A stretch of 64,000 nucleotides of DNA from Octopus bimaculoides (Eukaryota), in NCBI RefSeq assembly GCF_001194135.2, contig NC_068992.1, forward strand, positions 8,644,360-8,708,359, written 5' to 3'. A model generated the notes under the pieces. That model had not been told where the DNA came from. It did not search any database and was given only the letters and a program-made list of their open reading frames with translations. A program made the position numbers and the translations under genes. Below, piece by piece: positions 1 through 14,365 of the stretch; positions within the stretch are counted from its first letter, which is position 1, and each line of letters opens with the position of its first letter.

Positions 1-157
1 AGAGAGAGGGGGGAGAAGAGAGAGAGAGAGGGGAGAAGAGAGAGAGAGGGGGAGAAGAGAGAGAGGGGGGAGAGAAGAGAGAGAGCTGGTTTAAGCAGAT
101 GAAGTAATGATAAACAAGTGTTCTTACGTAAGGAAATCATACATATTCGTACAAACC

Positions 158-192
<35 letters not shown>

Positions 193-1088
193 GTTTGTGT
201 TTGTGTGTGTGTATACACAAAGCGACTTCTTTATTTACGGAAGGGATGTCTTCTGCTAACTATGAATCTAGGAGAAAAGGTGTCCGGTAAATCGAAGATA
301 ACTAGGGACCACTAGCAATCAAAAGTATATGTTATACTGTACCAAAGAAAGTAATTTTTACGAGTTATTTGGAAGGGAGAAGATTTGAAGAGCATTTTAA
401 CGTGGGTTTTTGCAGAATCATTAGTGTCGGCAAAAATGCTTTGCAGTGTTCCAATTCTTTACATTCCGACTTCAAATTGCGCTGAGGTCAACTTTGCCTT
501 TCATCCCTCCGAGATCGATACAATTTTGTACTAGTCTTAAGCACTTGGATCGATGGAATCGTCTAGGCCCCTGCCACCAAAATTGTTGGCTTCATGCCAA
601 AATTAGAAATTACTATGGATATAAAGCCCATTAAATTGGAATTTTTTAAAATTAGGGACCCATTAAACTAAAGGTTTTTTGTTCTCAGTGTGCATGAGTG
701 TGAGTGTGCATGCGCTTATGCACGCACACGTCAAAATACGTATACACAGAAATTCACATACGCATTTAAATGTGCATATAAAATCAATATTGACGATACT
801 ACGCATATAAAAAATCTCTGAACCAGATAGATGTCTACGTGTATCAACCTAAGCATTTATGATACATGCGAATGCTTATCTTTATATATGTGCAAATGAA
901 AATACGTTTTAGCTACAGTGGAGGGAAATAAATATTCGTACATGTCAAAATTCTTTATTTATCTAATTTCTAATGAACATAAGTGGGATATATCAATACT
1001 GTATTTGCATACACCTACATAAACTAAGAATATGCAAAAGAAACTAATAAATTATAGTAACTAATGAATTTATATACAAATATAAATA

Positions 1089-2039
1089 TCTAGGGGTGAA
1101 AAAAGTATTTGTACAGAACATAAATAACTGATAATTCTGATTTAATACTTCGTAGCATAACCATTATTCAGTTCCACTTCAACCAATCTCTTCTTGTAGT
1201 TCTTAATCAATGACTCGCATGTTTCTTTAAGAATTTTTTCCCATTCTTCTTGACAAATTTTCTTCAAATCTGGAATGCACATTGGGGCTCTTGAATGAAT
1301 TTTAATTTTCAAATAATGACACAAATTTTCAATGGGGTTCAAGTCAGGTGACTGGCTTGGCCATTCTAATAATTTTATATTGTGATTGACAATCCATTTT
1401 TNNNNNNNNNNNNNNNNNNNNNNNNNNNNNNNNNNNNNNNNNNNNNNNNNNNNNNNNNNNNNNNNNNNNNNNNNNNNNNNNNNNNNNNNNNNNNNNNNNN
1501 NNNNNNNNNNNNNNNNNNNNNNNNNNNNNNNNNNNNNNNNNNNNNNNNNNNNNNNNNNNNNNNNNNNNNNNNNNNNNNNNNNNNNNNNNNNNNNNNNNNN
1601 NNNNNNNNNNNNNNNNNNNNNNNNNNNNNNNNNNNNNNNNNNNNNNNNNNNNNNNNNNNNNNNNNNNNNNNNNNNNNNNNTAAACAAATTTTAAACGGGC
1701 ATCTCTATGCCTTTTAGTCAACAGTGGAGTTTTTCTAGGAGAGCATGACTTCAGTTTATTCCTATGAAGTTCATTGCTGATTGTTCGTGATGTAACACTA
1801 GTCCCTGAAGCTAACAAATCTTCTTGCAACTCCTTTCTGGTGATCATTGCGTTTTCTTTTTCGATACTTCACTTCATTTTTCTTAAAGATCTAGGGGAAA
1901 TCTTGCGTGGTGCACCAGATCTTATTCTGTTTTCAACAGTTCCCGATTTTTTATATCTTTGAATAAATGAAGATACAGTAGAAAATGGTATACAAAGGGT
2001 CTCTGATATTTTCTTGTAACTTTTACCTGCTTTCGGCAT
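1089..2039 (-). mobile_element. Tc1-family (Sleeping Beauty/Tdr-like) DNA transposon, transposase pseudogene interrupted by an assembly gap
   Basis: From ATG 2039: MPKAGKSYKKISETLCIPFSTVSSFIQRYKKSGTVENRIRSGAPRKISPRSLRKMK*SIEKENAMITRKELQEDL...RKTPLLTKRHRDARLKF (paired-like HTH, GRPR-like linker). After the gap: WPSQSPDLNPIENL..YLK...ICQEEWEKI...LIKNYKKRL.EV..NNGYATKY (1142). TIR-like ggggtgaaaaaagtatttg at about 1092-1111. Confidence 0.92.
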
Positions 2040-2756
2040 CAGGGTATTTCTGGAAATTTAAGGGGGCTGTAAGCTTTTTCTTTCTTTTAAACTAGAGATG
2101 GGATGTGAGTTGTCGGATACCCACAAGCCTCTTCTCCAAACCTCATATCGACTAAACACATTAAACGCCATGTATGCATGTATGTACATGTTTTTCACAG
2201 TTACATATCTGTGCATGTATGGCGGCTATATAAAAGTATTCATTTACAGTTCGTATTGTCTTGTTCTATTATTTCTAGCTCTTTTACAAGAGTCAGTCAG
2301 TGGGACTATGGGGCGGCCATTGTTTATATTTTTCTTTAAATATATATATTTTTATTCTTTGTGAAAAATCTCTTTCACCATACACCACAAATATCGTCCT
2401 TGCTTGTCCCTCTTATCCAAAGTATATTCTAACAATTAAACAATTAGATGCAACTGATTTTTTGTTTCTTTGCTTGCTTTATCTAACCCATTGCTTGAAT
2501 GTCTCTTTTGACCATTTCTAGGGACGCTGTAGAAAGTTTCTTTCAGTAATGAGCGAGTGAGTGAGCATGTATGTATGCTTTATTAATAATCGGCAAAAAT
2601 TAGAGTGAATCAAGGGCCTAGAGTTTCGTGCATTGACATGGATGGAAAGACAGATAGATAGATTAGAGGGGTGTTTCGAAGTACTGCATTTTCAACAAAT
2701 TGTTTGAATTTACTTAACATGCCAGATGCTAGGAGAGCTATGGGTTACACACACAC

Positions 2757-2801
<45 letters not shown>

Positions 2802-4374
2802 TAATATAAAGAAGAAAAAAACTGATTCTAGTCGAACGAAAAATTCATGGTTACCAGGTTTTCACGGCAACACAGTTCCTTCCAGATAGTGAAGATGATA
2901 AGAATATCACGATACAAGACACAATTTGAAAAGAAGGGCGCAGTCAATTAATTTATATTTTATCAACAAAAAGGATGATAGGCAGAACAGAGTCAACTTT
3001 GGCAAGATTAGAACTTAAAATGTAAAGAGATGTAAACTAAATACAGCAAGGCCTTTTTATCAGTTGTGTCACTGATTTTTCGACAGGACTTAAACTAAGA
3101 AGGTAAAGAGTTGAAACAAATATTCATAAGGCATTTTGTATAATGAGCTAACGATTCAGCTAACTCATCGCCCCTTTTAAAAATATAATAATTGTTTCAA
3201 ATTTTGGCATAAGACCAGCAGTTTCAGGGGAGAAGGGTAAATCAATTACATGGGCCCCGGTGTTCAACTGGATACTTATTTTATCGACCTCGAAAGGATG
3301 ACAAGCAAAGTCGACCTCGTCGGAATTTGAACTCAGAACATAAAGATAGGCGAAATGCCACAAAGCATTTTGCCCAGCATGTAATAAATTTTTTTTATGC
3401 ATACAACGAATACAACCTTATGTCAAGAATTCATTCAAGTAGAATGTTTTCGTCTGCTTAACATCACAACACCACAGACTTATCTGCTCCGCTCACTTCA
3501 CAAGCTAACAGGCTCGAAATGACAAGTTGCAATCAGCTTAAGACGATGGAAAAAGTCAATAAACAGCATTATCAATATTGAATACACTTGAAAAATAATT
3601 GGACACCATTGCCATCCTCAAAAATATGTTTATTAGAGAGATTCAAGACAAAGAGAAAGAGAGATTAAAGACAAAGCCAACTTGACTCGCTGAAAATAAC
3701 AGCTAGGTCTATCGCTAATCACACTACTGCCATATATATATATATATATATAAACAATATCTAAAACTAAAAGATAGAATGGTAACAACGCCTGTTAAGA
3801 TAGTGCTGCTCAATTAGAGCTGATCTGGGGCTAACGAGCTAAACAGGCGTTCTGCTAGAAATAGTTGCTAAATCACCTTCAAATCATATCCTTAGATATA
3901 CTGGATAATGTGGTCATAAATACACAATAATAATAATACTTTCTATTATAGGCACAAGGCCTGAAATTTAGGGGAGGGGGTTAGTTTATTACATCGACTC
4001 CAGTGTTCAACTGGTACTTATTTCATCGATTCCGAAGGGATGAAAGGCAAAGTCGACTTCGGTGGAATAATAAGTACTAGGCTTACAAAGAATAAGTCCT
4101 GGGGTCGATTTGTTCGACTAAAGGCGTTGCTCCAGCATGGCTGCAGTCAAATGACTGAAACAAGTAAAAGAGTATAATTTATATATATAATATACACATA
4201 ATATAATGTAATATACATATAATATATATGATATAATATATATATAATATAATATATATATGAAATATATGTATAATATATGTATAATATATATATAATA
4301 TAAAATTTCTTTTTTCTGTAGTTTCAGCTCAGAGATGCAGCATGCTGATGCACTGCCGTTTTGCTACACTGTTA

Positions 4375-5620
4375 TTATTGAGAGCCTCCTCCAATATGTG
4401 GCACTTGGTGAAGAATGAAGTTTGATGTAGCTACCCTCATTTGCACCTCTTGCTGTGAGGTAGGTTCCTCTGGGGCTCTCAACAGGAAGTGGTCCAGCAT
4501 TGATTTAAAAACGCCTACATCTACTTTGTGCAGATTCCTCAGGCTCTTTGGGAGAATATTAAAAGGCTGTGGGCCCCTGAAACCCAGGCTGTTGCAGTAA
4601 TTGGTCCTGAAGTGTGATGGCATTGCTGGGATCTTTGGCACTATGCAATGTCGATCCGTTCTGGCATTGGTGTAGCTTTCAATGCCAAAATTTGGCACAA
4701 TTCCTTCCAGATGTATATTACTGCATACCTCTCCAGCCTTCGCTCCAGGGAGTAGAGTCTTAGCTGTTTCAGCCTTTCCCAGTAGCTGAGCAGTTGCAAA
4801 GAGACGATCTTCTTTGTGAATCTTCTCTGGATTGCTTCAAGATCCACTGTTAATTTTACACTGTTGGGTGACCATAGCTGGGAGCAGTAATTCTGGCGGC
4901 TGAGGACGAATGTCCTCCAGAGGAACATCATGGTTTCCTTATCTCTAGTTCTGAATGTTCTCAGGATCCATCCAGCCAGTTGTCTGCACTTTGTCGCTGT
5001 CCTGGTAATGTGCACTTGGAAAGACGTATCATCACTCATGTCGATACCTAGGACCCTCACTGATTCAGGTTCTGGGATTGAAATTCCCTGTGGATCAGTG
5101 TACACTGTAAGTTTCATATTCAGTTTTGGACGCTGGCAGCACAGGGCTTGGAATTTTTCAACATTAAACTGCATATTATTATCCTCAGCCCATCTGTAAA
5201 TTGAATCCAACTTCTGCTGCAGATGTGCAACATCACTGAGGTTCTGTATTTTCTGCGAGACTTTCATATCGTCTGCGTAGCTAGCAAGGGTGGCTATCCG
5301 GGCACTTGAGGACATATCTGAGAGGGCCACTGTGAAAAGCAGTGGTCCCAAGTCAGCGCCCTGTGGAACACTGCTCACTATTTGTGTTTTCATTGAGGTG
5401 GCTCCATTGACAACTACTGCCTGACTTCCATCTTTCAGAAAGTCATGTAATCACTCTCCAAGTTTTCCAGCTATGCCGAGATCACGCAGATTGCGGCACA
5501 TCATACCGTGATCCACTTTGTCAAAAGCTTTTGCAAAATCAAGATATATTACGTCCACATTTGAGCTGTTGAGTAACTGCCTCAACACCCAGTCATAATG
5601 TTGTAAGAGCTGAGTCAGTA
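4375..5620 (-). mobile_element. CR1/L2-clade non-LTR retrotransposon, degenerate reverse transcriptase C-terminal half
   Basis: TQLL..YD......VDVIYLDFAKAFDKVDH, VPQGADLGPLLF, YADD, LQQKLDSIYRWAEDNNMQFNVEK, VRVLGI, YCSQLWSP, LEAIQRRFTK, LSYWERLKQLRLYSLERR; one stop near 5451 and frameshifts. Confidence 0.92.
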
Positions 5621-8600
5621 TAACATATGATATATACAACATACAATATATATATATATATATAACATAAATATNNNNNNNNNNNNNNNNNNNNNNNNNN
5701 NNNNNNNNNNNNNNNNNNNNNNNNNNNNNNNNNNNNNNNNNNNNNNNNNNNNNNNNNNNNNNNNNNNNNNNNNNNNNNNNNNNNNNNNNNNNNNNNNNNN
5801 NNNNNNNNNNNNNNNNNNNNNNNNNNNNNNNNNNNNNNNNNNNNNNNNNNNNNNNNNNNNNNNNNNNNNNNNNNNNNNNNNNNNNNNNNNNNNNNNNNNN
5901 NNNNNNNNNNNNNNNNNNNNNNNNNNNNNNNNNNNNNNNNNNNNNNNNNNNNNNNNNNNNNNNNNNNNNNNNNNNNNNNNNNNNNNNNNNNNNNNNNNNN
6001 NNNNNNNNNNNNNNNNNNNNNNNNNNNNNNNNNNNNNNNNNNNNNNNNNNNNNNNNNNNNNNNNNNNNNNNNNNNNNNNNNNNNNNNNNNNNNNNNNNNN
6101 NNNNNNNNNNNNNNNNNNNNNNNNNNNNNNNNNNNNNNNNNNNNNNNNNNNNNNNNNNNNNNNNNNNNNNNNNNNNNNNNNNNNNNNNNNNNNNNNNNNN
6201 NNNNNNNNNNNNNNNNNNNNNNNNNNNNNNNNNNNNNNNNNNNNNNNNNNNNNNNNNNNNNNNNNNNNNNNNNNNNNNNNNNNNNNNNNNNNNNNNNNNN
6301 NNNNNNNNNNNNNNNNNNNNNNNNNNNNNNNNNNNNNNNNNNNNNNNNNNNNNNNNNNNNNNNNNNNNNNNNNNNNNNNNNNNNNNNNNNNNNNNNNNNN
6401 NNNNNNNNNNNNNNNNNNNNNNNNNNNNNNNNNNNNNNNNNNNNNNNNNNNNNNNNNNNNNNNNNNNNNNNNNNNNNNNNNNNNNNNNNNNNNNNNNNNN
6501 NNNNNNNNNNATATATATAACATTATATAACATAGGTTAATGTAAACGGTTCATCTAACTTGTTAGAGTTTTTTTTTTTTTAAGTTTCTCGAAATAGTTT
6601 CATTGCATTTAAATGGTTTATTTGTGTCTGTTGACATGAATTTAACACATTAAAGGCTTTTATTTTACCTTTTATATAAATGAAATTTCTGTTTTATCTA
6701 ACGCAAACGAAATAAGGAATTCTATATTACAATGTCGTTGTAAGTTTGTTTGAGAAGTGTGCGTGTGTGAGAGAAAGGAGAATATGTGCGTGTGTGTGTG
6801 TGTGCGTGTGTAAGAAAGAAAGAAAGAAAGATAGAAAGAAAATAATCTCTCATGACAGTTTTTCCGCTGATGAAGGTATCAACTGTCCATCCATATATTA
6901 CTATGAACAACTGCTAGAAACACGATCGTATCTAGAGATAACAATATATTGTGTATTGATTTCAGTTAGTAAAAATGATTTTATTTTCAAGTGTTTCTTC
7001 GTTTTAACTGTATATACTATAATATACATACATACATACACACACACACATAATATATATACAAACATACATGCCTGTCTACATAAATGTGGATGTGTGT
7101 GTGTGTGTGTGTATATACATACACACAAACACATCTGTGTTTGTATAAGTATACATATTTTACACACACACACACATAAGTAGGATAATGTTCGAGTTTG
7201 ATTCAGAACCTTCACGGTTCAAGCTTAAAGTACACATTATTAAATGGAACAGCGGAGGAATGTTTTTTTTTTTCTTCTTTGCCTCTGTGTACTTTTTTTT
7301 TAGGAAAATATTTCAATGATTTGCATGCGTAATAAAGATTTAATGTACCATGGTCTTTTTTTTTTCCAGATGTGTGTAAAATAAACGTCGAGTAATAGAT
7401 AAAATAATATTTAATATTCGATTTTTTTTCCGTTTTGTTCCTAGTTGCAGTGAAGACAAAACGTCAAATGAAAAAGGAAAAAGGAAAAAAGAAAAATTAA
7501 ACTACGTGAAAATAAAATTTAACAGTCACAGCATTAAATGTCTCCTTCCCTGTAAGAAACAAGCATATTGGAAATGAATGAAAGAATATATGTATCTGCG
7601 TGTATGTAGAGTAAGGTGTAGCTATTAATAGTAAGTTGTACCTTATTAGAAGGGCAAAGATGAATTTTGGTTTTCACAATAATTATAGCAAGTAAAAGAC
7701 AAACAGATTATTGTGATGCTGAATTAGGGATATAAAAACACTGTTGATGTTCTGAAAAGTGTTTAAACATATCAACACGTAGAAAAAAAAATCGAATACA
7801 CATTACGTACCCTAGGTTCAGCTTGAATAGACACGCAATTTGTACTCGCCAACACTCTTATATGATGTCATCATTATGTTTATGCTGCTCAAACCAACTA
7901 TTCTGTCGAACCTTACATGATGAAAACCGCTACAAGAACGAGAGAGAGAGAGAGGGGGGGGGAAGAGAAGCAGGCAAGAGCCTAGTATAGAGGAATATTA
8001 TATCTTCCCAGAAAGAGACCGGTTAGTTACCACGTGGATCAGAAAAAAAATTTATTATTGTGGCGATTAGTTCGTCTGCAGCCAAACTGAACTCTTCGCA
8101 TTCTCTCACAGATTTTTCATTTTTCCTCCTTTTTTCATTCATGCCTCTCTCTCTCTCTCTCTTTGTTTCCCCTTTTCCTTCCTCGCAATTCCTATCTTGT
8201 TCTCTTCTTCAAATTTTCTTTGCAGTATTGTATTTTGCAGTAACAAAAAACAAAAAAAAGTTCTGTTTATCTGAGGGGAAATAGGATATAGCGATACACC
8301 TCGTGCAAAGGCGAAGTGAAGAGAGAGTAATATCACCAGTTTTGTTGTGCGTTAATCGTGTTAGAACATGAACATGGTACCGACGATACTCCTATACATC
8401 TCCTTCAAACCACACCCTACATAATGCACAGTGTGTTCTCACTCGTTGAAGAAAAATAAAAGACGGGGTTGTTGGGGCTGCAATATTTTCTTTCTTCCCT
8501 TTCTTCTTTTTTTTCTTCTTTCACTTTTGATTATGATTCTGTTAAGTCAAAGCTGACCTGTGACGAAACAACCCTAACTTAACTTTTATGCATGCAAAAT

Positions 8601-8849
8601 AGTTTTGTCTAAGGAAAACAACAGGTGTTTGGTCACTAATATGGATGGAGTCTTCTTGTTGTTTGAGACTAGGCTGGTTTCGATTAAATAAACTTTTGAT
8701 TAAAGGTGTACCTACTATGACCATCCCTATCTTTTTTCTTTTTCTTTTCCTCTTTTTTTTTTTCTTTTAGATATTTAGAACTACATGATACGAGCCCTTC
8801 GTTTTTTTTTAAGGTAGGATGTGTAAAAGTTGAACGACTACATAGATAC

Positions 8850-10070
8850 TCCTGTGCGATACTTTCACAAATTCTCATCGTCCTTTTGCTCTGGAGACTC
8901 ACAGACAAACAGTCTTCAGCAAACTGCATAACCTGTCACACCCTGGCGTCACCGCCGCAGTGAAACTCATTTAGGCTAGATTCTTTTGGCCAAATATGAG
9001 ACGAGACATCACTACTTGGTCACACTCCTGCTTTTTCTGTCAGAATTCAAAGGTGCATAGGCACATCCGTGCACCCCTTGGCACATTCAACACACCAGAT
9101 GTACGTTTCAACCATGTACACATCAACCTTGTCGGACCTTAGCCAGTCAGCCCGGGATATACCTACCCGCTCACCTGCATTGATCATTTTACATGTTGGC
9201 CGGAAGCTATTCCTTTAGTAGATATCACTGCAGAATCTGTTGCCAAAGCTTTTCTCACAGAATGGATATCATGGTACAGAGACCTACCCCCATCACTACC
9301 AACCATGGAAAACAGTTTGAATTGCAACTCTTCCACAAGCTCACGAAGACCATAAGCGCACGTTGGATTCAAGCCACCAATTACCATCCACAATCCAACG
9401 GTATGGTAGAACAATTCCACCATCAAATGAAAGCTGCTTTGCGTGCTTACCTAGATCGGCAGCGTTGGAGCGAATATCTTCCAATAGTCCTTCTTGGTTG
9501 CCAAGCCTCAATAAAGGAGGATCTCAGTTATTCCCCCTGCAGAACTTAATAATGGCACACCTATTTTGTTGCCAGGCCAGATGTTGGCTCCAGTGGATCT
9601 ATCCTCACAGGACCCACTATGTACATACACAGACTTTGCAAATACATGCAAGAACTGCTACCCATGTCAACACAACACCAAACCACTAAATCATCAGTTC
9701 TAAAAGACATTGATTCTTGGAATCATATGTTTCTACAAAATGACACTGTGAAACTCCCTCTCACACCTCCATACACAGGACCATATTGTGTGTCCTGTCA
9801 CACACAGACAAACTATATACCATAGACATTAATGGTAAAAAGGAAACTGTCTCAATAGACAGGCTTAAGCGGGGCGTACACAGACAGTGATACAATACCA
9901 CTTCATACACCTCCCACATTCACAGTACAACATAAAACAAATTCTACTCCACTGCAGCCAACACCATCACACACACCAACCCCTCCTCCATCTATATAAG
10001 TCACTACAACTTGTAGTGGTCGCCATGTACATTGGCCCACCAAACATATGCTCATAGATTATCGGTAAAG
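8850..10070 (+). mobile_element. Ty3/Gypsy LTR retrotransposon integrase remnant
   Basis: ILLCDTF..SHRPF...HRQTVFSKLHNLSHPG (HHCC zinc finger), [89 protein letters not shown], ending in a SGRHVHWP-like segment; multiple stops and frameshifts; no LTRs seen. Confidence 0.9.
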
Positions 10071-10117
10071 ACAAAGATAAACATGAGTTTATCAAGAATC
10101 AAAAGTTCAAGAAAACA

Positions 10118-10162
<45 letters not shown>

Positions 10163-10620
10163 TTTTACTAGTTTCAGTCATTAGATAGCAGTCATGCTGG
10201 GATTCTGCCTTGAAGAATTTTAGTCAAACAAATCACTCCCAGTACTTATGTTTTTAAAACCATATCCTACTTATTCTATCAGTCTTTTTTGCTGAACTGC
10301 CAATTTACGAGGACATAAACACATCAACACCAGTTGCCAAGTGGTGGTGGTGGTGTAGGGGGGGGGGGGGCAACAGATACAGGCACAGAGAAACACACAC
10401 ATATATGCAAATACAATGAGCTTCTTTCAGTTTCCATCTATCAGATCCATTCAAAAGACTTTGGTCAACACAAGGCTATAATAATAGAAGACACTTGCCT
10501 AAAGTGCCAAAGTGAGTTGTTTAGCCCCAGGTCAACCGTAAACAAGCAGACCTTATGATTAAAAGGGTTTCAGTTATGCACACTCTGGCCTTCACTTAAG
10601 TATTGTGTATCTAGGACTAC

Positions 10621-10936
10621 GGAGGCGCAATGGCCCAGTGGTTAGGGCAGCAGACTCGCGGTCAGAGGATCGTGGTTTCGATTCCCAGACTGGGCGTTGT
10701 ATGTGTTTATTGAGCGAAAACACCTAAAAGCTCCACGAGGCTCCGGCAGGGGGTTGTGGTGACCCCTGTTGTACTCTTTCGACTCAACTTTCTCTCACTC
10801 TTTCTTCCTGTTTCTTGAGTAACGCTGCGATGGACTGGCGTCCCGTCCAGCTGGGGGGAACACATATGCCATAGAAACCGGGAAACCAAGCCCATGAGCC
10901 TGGCTAGGCTTGAAAACAGGTGCATAAATAAAATAA
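10621..10936 (+). mobile_element. tRNA(Arg)-related SINE, tail type 1
   Basis: GGAGGCGCAATGGCCCAGTGG (A box)...GGTTTCGATTCC (B box), ~190 bp shared with the copy at 49416, tail GATGGACTGGCGTCCCGTCCAG...ATAAATAAAATAA. Confidence 0.85.
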
Positions 10937-11973
10937 CCCAATGTGCCATTCATTTTCTTTTTAAACACAGTAGTATATGATGGGATGGATATTTGGCTGC
11001 TAGTTCTAACAAATCAAGCAGCCACGTAGAGGTTCCCTTGTTTGGCTTGTTTTATAATGAGTAACTTCTCACACAGTTTGAGATGAAGAAGGCACTTGTG
11101 TTATTTTTAATGATGGTAGTGGGATACACAAACTCTGTATCTGGGTGGAGATATTGACAGTTTAACCCCAGTTATATCATTTAGGTGGATACCAAGTGAT
11201 AAACCTACAACAAACAGTTGGGGAATAGATATGGTGTGGGGGATGCGAAGCAGTGATCTTCTGCTGTTGTTGTTGTTCTTGCAATGGGGGGTTCAAAGTA
11301 ACAAACGCCATTTTCTGAGTTATCTTCACATTTTGGGGTATGTAGTGGTAGAGTGATTATCTCACTGACTGGGAAGTTTTTGTTTATCATTCGTAATTCC
11401 ATCATTCATGGCAGAGGCGGTGAGGAAGGAGAGTTATTAAAAGGTATGGCAGTGGAAAAATAATTAGTGACTGTATTGGTATGGTATCTAGAATTGGCTT
11501 ATTAATAGCCCAGACTTGCAGCCGAATGTTTAAAATGGGATGGATCATTTGTGATGAAATTTAGCAAGGTAGTGTATCCATCCAGCTTTGGCTTGATATC
11601 AGCATGGTGTTGTGACTGCCTCCTCCTCCTTTCTCTTATCAGTCCAGCTGCCTAAGAATGCCCTTCAGATTGCCAGGCTACCGCCTTTCAATGCACCATA
11701 GCATTTTCATAGATATCATTCATCACTATCGTTTTAACATCAACTTTTCCATGCATGCAGGGGTCAGACAGAATTTGTAGCGGCAGGCTTTTTACAGCTA
11801 CACGCCCTTCATGTCACTACGCTGCACCTGTTTTCAAGCAAAATAATATTTCCCTATCAACCACATTGATTGTATAACAGTAATGTTAGCTTGCAATCAC
11901 CTCAAGATGTCAAGACAAGGGTACACACACACACACACACACAAACTCATATGATGGGCTTCTTTGAATTTCT

Positions 11974-12208
11974 TATTTCTTTATTACCCACAAGGGGCTA
12001 AACATAGAGGGGACAAACAAGGACAGACAAAGGGACTAAGTTGATTACATCAACCTCAGTGTGTAACTGGTACTTAATTTATCGACCCCAAAAGGATGAA
12101 AGGCAAAGTTGACCTCGGCGGAATTTGAACTCAGAACGTAATGGCAGACGAAATACTGCTAAGCATTTCGCCCGGCGGGGTAACATTTCTGCCAGCTTAC
12201 CATCTTCG
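11974..12208 (-). mobile_element. SINE family B copy nested in a family A element
   Basis: Minus-strand GCTGGCAGAA..TTAGC...GAGTTCAAATTCCGCCGAGGTC head. 10-bp TSD TTGAATTTCT (11964-73, 12209-18) splits a family A copy. Confidence 0.85.
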
Positions 12209-13974
12209 TTGAATTTCTACCCACCAAATCAACTCACAAGACTTTTAGTCAGCCTGGGGCTATAGTTGAAGATACTCAGTAAGGTGCCACACAATGGGAC
12301 TGAACCCAAAACCACATGATTGGGAAGCAAGCTTCTCAACTACACAGCCACACAGTTACACTTGCACCTTTGTCATTTAGCCCAGGTCAGCCTTGATCAT
12401 ATAGGACTATAACAAAAGTCATTTCAGCTGTGATCATACAATCTCTTCTTTTTTTTTATCCAGATATGGTATGTAAAAAGCCACATAATTCCAGTGTGTT
12501 CTTTTACCATTTTTAAAACTTTTTAGCATTCGCATTATTCTGTCAAAAGTAATGCCTATTTATTCAAATTGTTTGCAATTAATCGAGCATTATCTTATAG
12601 CTTCAAGATTTCAGTGGTGTGTTTGTATATTCTTTAGAATGACATTGTAGGGTAGATGTGAGAGGTTGCATCTGGTCAGTTTTAACATAAGACAGATAGA
12701 ACATCTGGGCTGGACATGGTCAGATTAAATGCTAAAGGGTTAAGCAATATGGTGTGATATGAAGAGGATTTTGTCGTCATTTCTGAAAAGTCAAGCAACT
12801 ACATAAAAGCATTTGCATTGACTTCTGTCTCTATTATGCCACAAAAACAGGACATTCAACCAGGGCCATCTTAGCAGTATCATAGGGCCCCTTGCAAATC
12901 AATGCGCTGGGCCCTATAGAATTGGGCCTCTGTAATTGTAAGGCCCTGAGGCAAGAGTCCGATGTGCTCAGCTGTAAAGTGGTACTGTATTCAGTCTGTA
13001 AATGTGTTGTTGCTACACAGCTGACCATCTGAATTTGAGCTAGATATTAATCACTAGTAATACTATATTGGCACTCAACATATTTTTAAATTTTGCCAAT
13101 GCATCCACAGAAATGTTACCCTTTGGTTGATTTCATTCATTTAATATCTCAATGTTCTTTTGTGTTACAGCAAAACAAATTTCACAGTAATATTACTGTA
13201 TATGTATGTATGAAGGGCATATATTATTACACTGAATCTGTGGAGACTGAAATAGGTGTTAATAAGACTATTCATTTCATACCCTGCCCAGTTGTATTTT
13301 GTAGAGGTTGGAGATTTGTAGCTAACCATGTTTGAGAGGATNNNNNNNNNNNNNNNNNNNNNNNNNNNNNNNNNNNNNNNNNNNNNNNNNNNNNNNNNNN
13401 NNNNNNNNNNNNNNNNNNNNNNNNNNNNNNNNNNNNNNNNNNNNNNNNNNNNNNNNNNNNNNNNNNNNNNNNNNNNNNNNNNNNNNNNNNNNNNNNNNNN
13501 NNNNNNNNNNNNNNNNNNNNNNNNNNNNNNNNNNNNNNNNNNNNNNNNNNNNNNNNNNNNNNNNNNNNNNNNNNNNNNNNNNNNNNNNNNNNNNNNNNNN
13601 NNNNNNNNNNNNNNNNNNNNNNNNNNNNNNNNNNNNNNNNNNNNNNNNNNNNNNNNNNNNNNNNNNNNNNNNNNNNNNNNNNNNNNNNNNNNNNNNNNNN
13701 NNNNNNNNNNNNNNNNNNNNNNNNNNNNNNNNNNNNNNNNNNNNNNATATCATCATCATCGTTTAACGTCCATTTTCCATGCTGGCATGGGTTGGACGGT
13801 TTGACTGGGGTCTGAGAAGCCACGAGGCTGCACCAGTGTTTCTACAGCTGGATGCCCTTCCTAATGTTTTTTATGTGCCACTGGCACAGGAGCCAGAGGG
13901 GGCTGGCATCGACCATGATCGGATGGTGCTTTTTACGTGCCACCGGCACAGGAGCCAGTCAAGGTCATATATAT

Positions 13975-14365
13975 GAGTGACTGTGTGGAAAGTAGCTTGC
14001 TTACCAATCACATGGTTCTGGGTTCGGTCTCAGTGCGTGGCACCTTGGGCAAGTGTTTTCTACTATAGCCTCGGGCCGACCAAAGCCTTGTGAGTGGATT
14101 TAGTAGACAAAAACTGAAAGAAGCCTGTCATATATACATATATGCATGTATATGTTTGTGTGTCTGTGTTTGTCCTCCCACCATTGCTTGACAACCGATG
14201 TTGGTGCATTTATGTCCATGTAACTTAGCAGTTCGGCAAAAGAGACCGATACAATAAGTACTAGGCTTACAAAGAATAAGTCCTGGGGTCGATTCGTTTG
14301 ACTAAAAGGTGGTGCTCCAGCATGGTCGCAGTCAAATGACTGAAACAAATAAAAGAATAAAAGAA
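13975..14365 (+). mobile_element. SINE family A copy
   Basis: Colinear match to 35356-35729. Confidence 0.85.

Noticed and set aside
10621-10700. tRNA gene (also 49416-49490 and SINE A/B heads)
   Set aside because: A and B boxes are present, but the acceptor and anticodon stems do not close properly, and the sequence continues into multi-copy SINE bodies.
11205-11405. Protein-like 66-aa minus-strand ORF
   Set aside because: Stop immediately upstream, no convincing splice sites and no recognisable motif.
12869-12947. hAT/Tip100-like ends CAGGGCC...GGCCCTG
   Set aside because: Only a 7-bp match, and the flanking 8-mers do not match.
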